From contig OZ024763.1 of the NCBI GenBank assembly GCA_964016885.1, positions 2,976,001 to 3,040,000 on the forward strand: a stretch of DNA of 64,000 nt, given 5' to 3'. This DNA is from Eledone cirrhosa (lineage: Eukaryota). The translations under genes and the position numbers were made by a program. The first letter of the stretch is position 1. Each line of letters starts with the position of its first letter. This document shows positions 52,259 through 62,200 of the stretch, piece after piece. The notes under the pieces were generated by a model. That model saw nothing but the letters and a program-made list of their open reading frames with translations. It searched no databases and was not told the DNA's origin.

Positions 52259-52429
52259 GTAAGTATTTCTCTTATTTAGTTTGTTTGTTTGTTTGTCTTT
52301 TGTTTTGTTGTTGTCTGTTCTGTATTTTGGGGTTTTTTTCGGATAGGTTTGTCTCTTGGTATGGACGACCCATCTGACCCATGGAAAATGGATGTTAAAC
52401 TGTGTTGATGATGATATATATATATATCA

Positions 52430-52791
52430 CACAATATCGAATTTACAAGATTTTTATATATAGTTTGAGAACAATACCTTAACATAAGTATGAGCAGCCA
52501 GTTATGGCCGGTTTGAACAGATAGACATGAGAAAATTCTGGCCGGATATGGCCAGTTTGAACAGAAAGAGGCAAGATAATTCTGGCCGGATAGGACAAGT
52601 TTGAACAGAAAGAGGCAAGATAATTCTGGCCGGATAGGACCAGTTTGAACAGAAAGAGGTGAGAGAATTCTGGCCGGATAGGACAAGTTTGAACAGAAAG
52701 AGGTGAGAGAATTCTGGCCGGATAGGACAAGTTTGAACAGAAAGAGGTGAGAGAATTCTGGCCGGGTATGACCGGTTTAAATGCTAAAGGG
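52430..52791. mobile_element. One-ended copy of the same MITE with a 44-45-bp internal tandem array
   Basis: ttgaacagaaagagg...aattctggccggatagg about 6 times, then taaatgctaaaggg-TTAA. Confidence 0.8.
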
Positions 52792-52817
52792 TTAATCTTG
52801 TCTGTTTGTCTTTCCAG

Positions 52818-52992
52818 GTGTACGGAACAGTAACCCATTCTGACAGTGGTGCTGATCGATTTGAGTGGCAACACAGTTACTCTCAGGTCTACCCCCAGAA
52901 GAAGAAATACACGCCCAGTGGGGTGTTTATGTCATTTGAACACTACAATGTTGAAGTTCGCGATCGAGTCAAGTGCATCAGTGGTATGGAAG
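52818..52992 (+). CDS. GLCE: GLCE coding exon 3
   Basis: tttccag acceptor, gtgag donor at 52993, phase 0 to 1. Reads [58 protein letters not shown](G), which contains the GLCE signature [25 protein letters not shown]. Confidence 0.97.
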
Positions 52993-53059
52993 GTGAGAAA
53001 GTTTCAATATTTTAACTCTTTCCTGACTACATTACTTCGATTCAGTTGACTATATATGA

Positions 53060-53293
53060 ATCGAATACCCAGGTTTTTTTATTTCTCCCCAATTTTTTTC
53101 TGATTTTCCCCGTTCCTTCCTCTCATCACTCTTTACTTTCTATTTATCTTCTACTTCTCACTCTATCTTCTGATGAAGGACTAGTGTCCAAAACGTTACG
53201 ACTCTCTTCCTGCTATGTCAAGTGTTAAACTAATATATTTCTTCATGTACTGTGCTGTTTGTTTTGTTATTTTATTTCTGTTTACCTTTTACA
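53060..53293 (+). mobile_element. Family A hammerhead element, copy 3 (GAAA mutated to AAAA)
   Basis: CTGATGA at 53170, ggactagtgtcc-aaaacgtt; a partial inverted copy with the same changes lies at 54673-54703. Confidence 0.75.
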
Positions 53294-53906
53294 TATATAT
53301 ATATATATATATATGTGAAGGCGCATGGCTTAGTGGTTAAAGCATTGGACTTGCAATCGAAAGGTTGTGAGTTCAATTCTCGGACCGGGTGATGTGTTGT
53401 TTCCTTGAGCAAGACACTTTATTTCACATTGCTCCAGTTTACTCAGCTGTAGAAATGAGATGAAGAGGTACCAGCCTGCCCACCCAACCAGTGGGATGGC
53501 GTTATCTTATGGCTAAAACAGCACGATGTGCTGTGACCAGCCGCACCGAATGGACGCCTGAAAGACGTCAAGGTGATATATACCAAGGTGATCAAGGTGA
53601 TATATATATACCTAGAGAAGGCCTTTGATAGGGTACCCCAATCTGTCACCTGAAATTACTGAGTCTCACAGAGGAGATGACAAAGGAACTCAGCGAGTGG
53701 AGAGATGCTGTGCTGAAAAGGACTCATGCAAACATGGAAAAAACGGACATAAAAGTGATGATATATATCTATATATATCTTCTTCATTGCCCACTTATTT
53801 TTGAGAGGTTTACACATACATATCAAAATTAGCAGAGCCTACAGGACAATGGCTCAGTAGTGAGTCTTGTTACTCTGGAGTTTCACCTGCTTATCACAGG
53901 GTCATT

Positions 53907-53954
53907 TTGTCTGATGACCCTGTGATAAACAGGTGAAACTCCAGAGTACCAAGA
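53907..53954 (+). ncRNA. Type I hammerhead motif (family B) in a fold-back hairpin 53858-53961, GLCE intron 3
   Basis: ttgt-CTGATGA(53911)-c-CCTGT-gataa-ACAGG-t-GAAA-CTC-ca-GAG-TA-ccaag; the antisense arm retains acaag, which pairs with ttgt. Confidence 0.72.
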
Positions 53955-54031
53955 CTCACTATTTAGGCATGATAAAATGAATATTAATACTCTACTTTGG
54001 TATTGAATACTCTTTTCTCTCAGCCATCGAC

Positions 54032-54084
<53 letters not shown>

Positions 54085-54094
54085 AATATATACC

Positions 54095-54312
54095 AGAGGA
54101 ACCATGTATGTTAACTATGCATTGTATGACATGTGTTTGAGGGGATTGTCAAAAAGTGTACCTCGGTTGGTGGACTGAAATGCCATTTGAAAGTTCACAA
54201 AAACAGGACTGTAACATTTACTTCGAGAGGACCCTATTGTTGCAGCATCTGTACAAGAGTGTGCAAGTCCCGAGCAGGATTAAAAAGCCATGTCCGTGTT
54301 GCTCATGCTTAA
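54095..54312 (+). mobile_element. LINE C-terminal C2H2 zinc-finger remnant
   Basis: ...GLKCHLKVH...CSICTRVCKSRAGLKSHVRVAHA*, preceded by (TA)n with no splice acceptor. Confidence 0.55.
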
Positions 54313-55197
54313 GTGTCAATCGATAGCATTAATCGAAATCAATTGCAGCCATTATATATATATATATATATATATATACTGTATTTCCTGGTGTCAAAGA
54401 TGGTACTTTTTCCTAAAATAAGTCTCAAAAATCTACCATTTGTCCTGGAGGCTGAAGGTTGTTTTTTTTTTTTTTTTTTCAAATTTTGGTTTGACAAAAT
54501 TAGGGTGTGTCCTCGAGGACAAAGCATCTTCAGTGCCGGGAAATACGGTATCATCATTTCATCATCATTTCATTTTATGTCCGCTTTTCCCTGCTTGCAA
54601 GGGTGGGACTGGAACTGATTCTGGCTTGATTTCTACAGCTGGATGCCCTTCCTAACACCAACCTCATTTACAGTTTTGGACACTAGTCCTTCATCAGAAG
54701 ATAAATAGAAATAGAAGATAAATAGAAATTTAGTTTGTTTGTTTATCTTTTGTTTTGTTGTTGTCTGTTCTGTATTTTGGGGTTTTTTCGGATAGGTTTG
54801 TCTCTCGGTGTGTACGACCCATCTGACCCATGGAAAATGGACGTTAAACTGTGTATATATATATATGACCTAGAAAATATTTGAGTGCTTTTTTTTTATA
54901 TACATTATGAAAAGATGGTTGACCGAAAATATTTTCATCAAGTTGGTCCTTTTTACTTTTGGAGAATTTCTTTCTCACTTCATCTCATATCTTCATCCCA
55001 GGTTATATTAAGCAGGGTAGTTTCTTACTTAAAGTAGGACTTGTTTTTACAGCTGCGTGCCCTACACAAGAGCAAAGTGGAGCACATCATTATGATCTTG
55101 GTTTTAAACCCTTCATATATCGGGAAATATTTTCATAGGGATATTTCCATATGGAATTATTTTCATAAGGGCTGCTTGCAATCTCATTAAATATCCC

Positions 55198-55780
55198 TTA
55201 ACCCTTTCATTGGCCATATTTCTAATTAAAGTCATTGTCTATGGTTTTCAAAGAATTTTGGAAGGATTTAATAATAAAACTTATTTTTTTCATGAAGCTG
55301 GAGTTTGTAACACAATTTAACCCTTTCATTACCATATTTCTAATGAAAGACACTGTCTATGTCTTTAATCCTTTCATTACCATATTTCTAATGAAAGACA
55401 CTGTCTATATCTTTTATCCTTTCATTACCACATTTCTAATGAAAGACACTGTCTATGTCTTTAATCCTTTCATTACCATATTTCTAATGAAAGACACTGT
55501 CTATATCTTTAATCCTTTCATTACCATATTTCTAATGAAAGACACTGTCTATATCTTTTATCCTTTCATTACCACATTTCTAATGAAAGACACTGTCTAT
55601 GTCTTCAATCCTTTCATTACCATATTTCTAATAAAAGACACTGTCTATGTCTTTAATCCTTTCATTACCATATTTCTAATGAAAGACACTGTCTATATCT
55701 TTTATCCTTTCATTACCACATTTCTAATGAAAGACACTGTCTATATCTTTTATCCTTTCATTAACATATTTCTAATGAAA
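55198..55780 (+). repeat. 48-bp tandem array B, paralogous to 37780-38600
   Basis: Same unit and same leader (ggaaggattt..taataaaactta...aacacaatttaacc). Confidence 0.92.
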
Positions 55781-55997
55781 AAGTTATTTCCAAAATTATT
55801 GGAAAATCGTAGACAAAGAAATTACATCTCTTTACGTTCTGAGTTCAAATCTCGCAGAGGTTAGTTTTATCTTTCATCCTTACAGAGTCGACAAAATAAA
55901 GTACCAGTAACACACTGGGGTTGATTTAATTGACTTCCTCTCCCTGAAAATTGTGGACCTTGTGCCTAAATCAGAAATCATTAATATTTTTCCCCAG

Positions 55998-56231
55998 GGG
56001 TTCCTGTATCTACCCAGTGGGGCCCACAAGGACATCATTATCCGATCCAGATTGCCCAGTTTGGTCTTAGTCATTACAGTAAGTTCTTAATGGAGGAGAA
56101 ACCAGATGTCATTATTCTTGAAGACGGTAATGATGACAACTTGCAGAGTTGGTATTTACCGAATTCTCGGACACAAATAAAAGTGGTTGATGATCCTGAG
56201 GTTGGGAAAGTCATTGAATTTGATGTACCTG
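55998..56231 (+). CDS. GLCE: GLCE coding exon 4 (gene continues beyond the window)
   Basis: ttttccccag acceptor, gtgagt donor at 56232, 234 nt, phase 1 to 1. Reads (G)[77 protein letters not shown], matching recalled GLCE [28 protein letters not shown]. Missed by the ORF track. Confidence 0.95.
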
Positions 56232-56244
56232 GTGAGTAAATTAT

Positions 56245-59200
56245 CTACCTTTCTCTCTCTCTCCTTCCATCTCTATCTCTCTTTCCCACCCTCCTCACTC
56301 TTCTTAGCCTTTTTTGTTTTTTCTTTTCATTTTGTCTCTTTTTCGTTTCTTTTCATTTCATTCCTTTTCGTTCTGTTTATCTTTTTGTTGTCTATTGTGG
56401 TATTTTATGAACTTTTATTTCCAGGGAAACATAAAATAAAAGACATTTCTACAAATAGTGTTCAATGCGTTGTTTCTTTCTATTCCCTTTTCCCTCCCTT
56501 TTCTCACCCTTTTCCCTCCCTTTTCCCTCCCTTTTGCCTCCCTTTTCCCTCCCTTTTCTCTCCCTTTTCCCTCCCTTTTCCCTCCCTTTTCCCTCCCTTT
56601 TCCCTCCCTTTTCTCTCCCTTTTCTCTCCCTTTTCTCTCCCTTTTCTCTCCCTTTTCCCTCCCTTTCTCTTTTCCCTCCCTTTTCTCTCTTTTCTCTCCC
56701 TTTTCCATCCCTTTCCCCTCCTTTTTCTCCCCCTTTTACTCCATCTTTTCCCCCTTTCTCGCTTTTCTCTCCTTTTCCTGCTTCTTTTCTTCCCCCTTTT
56801 CCTGCCCCTTATCTTCCCCCTTTTCCTGCCCCCTTTTCCTGCCCCTTTTCTTCCCCCTTTTCTTGCTGCTTTTCTTCCCCCTTTTCCTGCCCCTTTTCTT
56901 GCCCCTTTTCTTCCCCCTTTCCCTCCCCTTCCCCTCCCCCTTTTCTCCCCCCCTTCTTCCTCCTTTCCTTCCCCCTTTTCTGCCTCCTTTTCCTCCCCGC
57001 CCCTTTTCCTGCCCCTTTTCTTCCCCCTTTTCTTTCCCCTTTTCCTCCCATTTTCCTTCCCCCTTTTCCTGCCCCCTTTTCTTCGCCCTTTCCCTCTCCG
57101 CTTTCCCTTCCCCCTTTTCCTCCCCCTTTCCTGCCCCCCCCCCTTTCCTGTCCCCTTTTTCCCCTCCCCTTTCCTTCTCCCTTTCCTTCTCCCTTTCCTG
57201 CCCCCCTTCCCTCCCCCTTTTCCCCTTTTCTCCTCCCTTTCCTCCTTTTCTCCCTTTCCCTCCCCCTTTACTCCCTTTCCGTCCCCCTTTTCCTCCCCTT
57301 TTCTTCCCCCTTTACCCTGCCCCCATTTATGGCCCCTTTTCCTGCCCCTTTCCCTCCCCCTTTTCCTGCCTCTTACCCTCCCCCTTTACCTGCCCCTTTC
57401 CCTCCCCCTTTTTCTGCCCTTTTCCCTCCCCTTTCCTTCCCCCTTTTCCCTCCCCCTTTTCCCTCCCCCGTCTCCTTCCCCCTTTCCTGCCCTTTTCCTT
57501 CCCCCCTTTTCCCTTTTCTTCCCCCCTTCGTTTTCCTTTATCTTTTTGTTGTCTATTGAGGTATTTTATGAACTTTCCAAGGAAACAAGATAGACATTTC
57601 TACAAATGGTGTTCAATGCGGTGTTTCTTTCTATTCCCTTTGCTTCCCTTTTCCTCCCCCTTCCTTCCCCCTTCTACTTGTCCCCTTTTCCTTCCCCTTT
57701 TCCCTCCTTTCCCTGCCCCTTTTCCCTCCTTTTTCCTGCCCCTTTTCTTCCCTGCACCTTTTTTCCACCCTTTTCCCTGCCCCTTTTCTTCCCCCTTTCC
57801 CTGCCCCTTTCCCCTCCCCCTTTCCTTTCCCCTTTCCCTCCCCCTTTCCCTCCTCCTTTCCCTCCTCCTTTCCCTCTCCCTTTCCTTCTCCCTTTCCTGC
57901 CCCCCTTCCCTCCCCTTTTCTCCTCCCTTTACTCCCTTCCTTCCCCCTTTACTCCCTTTTTCCATTTCCCCTTTCTTCCCCCTTTCCCTTCCCCCCTTTA
58001 CTCCCTTTTTCCATTTCCCCTTCCCCCCCCTTTTCTTCCCCCTTTTCCTGCCCCTTTTCTTTCCCCTTTTCCTCCCATTTTCCTTCCCCCTTTTCTTCGC
58101 CCTTTCCCTTCCCCCTTTCCTGCCCCCTTTCCCTTCCCCTTTCCCTTCCCCCTTTCCTGCCCCCTTTCCCTTCCCCTTTCCCTTCCCCCTTTCCTGCCCC
58201 CTTTCCCTTCCCCTTTCCCTTCCCCTTTTCTCCCCCTTTACTCTCCCTTTCCCTCTCCCTTTCCCTCTCCCTTTCCCTCCCCCTTTACTCCCTTTCCCTC
58301 CCCCTTTTCTTCCCCCTTTACCCTGCTCCCTTTTCCTGCCCCTTTCCCTCCCCTTCCCCTTTCTCTTTCCCATCCCCCCCCCCTCCTCCCCCTTTCCCCT
58401 TTTCCTCCCCCTTTTCCTTTCCCTCCTTTTCCTGCCCCTTTTCCCTCTATTTCCTGCCCCTTTTCCCTCCATTTCCTGCCCCTTTTCCCTCCATTTCCTG
58501 CCCCTTTTCCCTCCATTTCCTGCCCCTTTTCCCTCCATTTCCTGCCCCTTTTCCCTCCATTTCCTGCCCCTTTTCCCTCCATTTCCTGCCCCTTTTCCCT
58601 CCATTTCCTGCCCCTTTTCCCTCCATTTCCTGCCCCTTTTCCCTCCTTTCCCTGCCCCTTTCCTTCCCCCTTTTCCCCCTCCCCCTTTCCTTTCCCCCAC
58701 CCTCCCCCTTTCCTTTCCCCCACCCTCCCCCTTTCCTTTCCCCCACCCTCCCCCTTTCCCTCCTCCCCCTTTCCCTCCTCCCCCTTTCTCTCCCCCTTTC
58801 CCTTCCCCTTTCCTCCTCCCCCTTTCTCTCCCCCTTTCCCTCCTCCCCCTTTCCCTCCCCCTTTCCCTCCCCATTTCCCTCCTTCCCCTTTCCCTTTCCC
58901 TGCCCCTTTTCTCCCCCTTTACTCTCCCTCTCCCTTTACTTTCCCTTTCCCTCCACCTTTACTCCCTTTCCCTCCCCCTTTACTCCCTGCTCCCTCCCCC
59001 TTTACTCCCTTTCCCTCCCCCTTTACTCCCTGCTCCCTCCCCCTTTACCCTGCTCCCTTTTCCCTCCCCTTTCTCTTCCCCATTTCCCTCCTCCCACCTT
59101 TCCCCCTCCCCATTCCCCCCTTCCCTCCTCCTCCCCCTTTTACTCCCCCTCCCTCTTTCCTTCCTCTCCCTTTTACTCCCCCGTCCCCTTTCCCTCTCCC

Positions 59201-62200
59201 TTTTACTCCCCCTTCCTTTCCCCCTCCCTTCCTTTCCCCCTCTTGTCCCCTTTTCCGGTCCCTTTTTCTGTCCCCCTTTTCTTGTCCCCTTTTTCCTCCC
59301 TCTGTTCCTCCCTTTTTCCTGCCCCCTTTTCCTGCCCCCTTTTCCTCCCTTTTCCCTGCCCCCTTTTCTCCCCCCGTTTCCTGCCCCCCCTTTTCTCCCC
59401 CCCGTTTTCTGCCCCTTTTCTCCCCCCCGTTTCCTGCCCCTTTTCCTTGCTCCTTTTTTCCACGCCCCCTTTTCCTGCCCCTTTTCTTCCCCCTTTTCCT
59501 GCCCCTTTTCTTCCCCCTTTTCCTGCCCCTTTTCCTGCCCCTTTTCTTCCCCCTTTTCCTGCCCCTTTTCTTCCCCCTTTTCCTGCCCCTTTTCTTCCCC
59601 TTTTCTTCCCCCTTTTCTTCCCCTTTTCTTCCCCCTTTTCTTCCCTCTTTTCTTCCCTCTTTTCTTCCCCCTTTTCTTCCCTCTTTTCTTGCCCCCCTTC
59701 CCCTCACCCTTTCCCCCTTTCCTTCCCCTCACCCTTTCCCCCTTTCCTTCCCCTCACCCTTTCCCCCTTTCCTTCCCCCTTTCCCCCTTTCCTTCCCCCT
59801 TTCCTTCCCCCTTTCCTTCCCCCTTTTCCCCTTTCCTTCCCCCTTTTCCTCTTTCCTTCTCCCTTTCCCTCCCCCTTTTCCTCCCCCTTTTCCCTCCCCC
59901 TTTTCCCTCCCCCTTTCCCCCCCCCCCCCTTTTCCCTCCCCCTTTTCCTTTCCCTCCCCCTTTTCCTTTCCCTCCTCCTTTCCCTCCTTTTTCTGCCTTT
60001 TTTCCTCCCCCTTTTTCTGCCCTTTTTCCTCCCCCTTTCCCATGCCCTTCCCCCCCTTCATCCCCTCCACCTTTCCTTCCCCCTTTTCCCTCCCCCTTTT
60101 CCTGCCCTTTTTCCTTTCCCCCCCTTTTCCCTCCCCCTTTTCCTGCCCTTTTTCCTTTCCCCCCTTTTCCCTTTTCCTTCCCCTTTCGTTTTCCTTTATC
60201 TTTTTGTTGTCTATTGTGGTATTTTATGAACTTTCCAGGGAAACAAAATAAAGACGTTTCTACAAATGGTGTTCAATGCGGTGTTTCTTTCTATTCCCTT
60301 TTCCTGCCCCTTTTGCTCCCCCTTTTCCTGCCCCTTTTGCTCCCCCTTTTCCTGCCCCTTTTGCTCCCCCTTTTCCTGCCCCTTTTGCTCCCCCTTTTCC
60401 TGCCCTTTTCCCTTCCCCCTTTCCTGCCCTTTACCCTTCCCCCTTTCCTTCCCCTTCTTCCTGCCCTTTTTCCTTCCCCTTCTTCCTGCCCTCTTTCCTT
60501 CCCCTTCTTCCTGCCCTCTTTCCTTCCCCTTCTTCCTGCCCTCTTTCCTTCCCCCCTTCCACCTTTTCCTTCCCCCCTTCCACCTTTTCCTTCGTTTTCC
60601 TTTATCTTTTTGTTGTCTATTGAGGTATTTTATGAACTTTCCAGGGAAACAAGATAGACATTTCTACAAATGGTGTTCAATGCGGTGTTTCTTTCTATTC
60701 CCTTTTACTCCCCCCTTACTCCCCCCTTTCCCCCTTTTCTTGTCCCCTTTTCCTTCCCCCCTTTTCTTGTCCCCTTTTCCTTCCCCCCTTTTCCTTCCCC
60801 CCTTTTCCTTCCCCCCTTTTCCTTCCCCCCTTTTCCTTCCCCCCTTTTCTTGTCCCCTTTTCCTTCCCCCCTTTTCCTGCCCTTTTTCCTTCCCCTTTTC
60901 CCTCCCCCTTTTCCTGCCCTTTTTCCTTCCCCTTTTCCCTCCCCCTTTTTCCTTCCCCTTTTCCCTCCCCCTTTTTCCTTCCCCCTTTTTCCTCCCCCTT
61001 TTCCCTCCCCCTTTTCCCTCCCCCTTTTCCCTCCCCCTTTTCCTTCCCCTTTTCCCTCCCCCTTTTCCCTTCACCTTCTTTCCCCCTTTTGTCTCCCTTT
61101 TTCTTGCCCCTTTTTCTTGCCCCTTTTTCTTGCCCCCTTTTCCCTCCCTTTTCTCACCCTTTTGCCTCCCTTTTCCCTCCCTTTTCTCACCCTTTTCTCA
61201 CCCTTTTCCCTCCCTTTTCTCTCCCGTTTCCCTCCCTTTTCCCTCCCTTTCCCTCCATTTTCTCTCCCTTTTCCCTCCCTTTTCTCTCCCTTTTCTCTCC
61301 CTTTTCCATCCCTTTCCCCTCCTTTTTCTCATCTTTTCTCTCCTTTTTCTCCATCTTTTCTCTCCTTTTTCTCCATCTTTTCTCTCCTTTTCCTGCTTCT
61401 TTTCCTGTCCCCTTTTCTTCCCCCTTTTCCTGCCCCTTATCTTCCCCCTTTTCCTGCCCCTTATCTTCCCCCTTTTCCTGCCCCTTATCTTCCCCCTTTT
61501 CCTGCCCCTTATCTTCCCCATTTTCCTGCCCCTTATCTTCCCCCTTTTCCTGCCCCTTTTCTTGTCCCTTTTCCTGCCCCTTTTCTTGCCCCTTTTCTTC
61601 CCCCTTTTCTTCCCCCTTTTCTTGCCCCTTTCCTTCCCCCTTCCCCCCCCCCCATTCCTTCCCCCCCTTTCCTTCCCCCTTCCCCATTCCTTCCCCCCCT
61701 TTCCTTCCCCCTTTTCTTTCCCCTTTTCCTCCAATTTTCCTGCCCCCTTTTCTTCGCCCTTTCCCTTCCCCCTTTCCCTCTCCGCTTTCCCTTCCCCCTT
61801 TCCTGCTCCTCCCCCTTTCCTGTCCCCTTTCCTTCCCCCTTTCCTTCTCCCTTTCCTGCCTCCCCCCCTCCCTCCCCGTTTTCCCCTTCCCTCCCCTTTT
61901 CCCCTTTCCTCCTTTTCTCCCTTTCCCTCCCCCCTTTACTCCCTTTCCCTCCCCCTTTTCCTCCCTTTCCCTCCCCCTTTTCCTCCTTTCCCTCCCCCTT
62001 TTCCTCCCTTTACCTCCCCCTTTTCCTCCCTTTACCCTGCCCTTTTTCCTTCCCCTTTACCCTGCCCTTTTTCCTTCCCCTTTTCCTGCCCTTTTTCCTT
62101 CCCCTTTTCCTGCCCTTTTTCCTTCCCCTTTTCCTGCCCTTTTCCCTCCCCCTTTTCCTGCCCTTTTCCCTCTCTCTTTTCCTGCCCTTTTTCCTCCCCC

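Noticed and set aside
54095-54312. Host C2H2 zinc-finger gene exon
   Set aside because: No acceptor site, lacks TGEKP linkers, begins at (TA)n; better explained as a LINE C-terminus.
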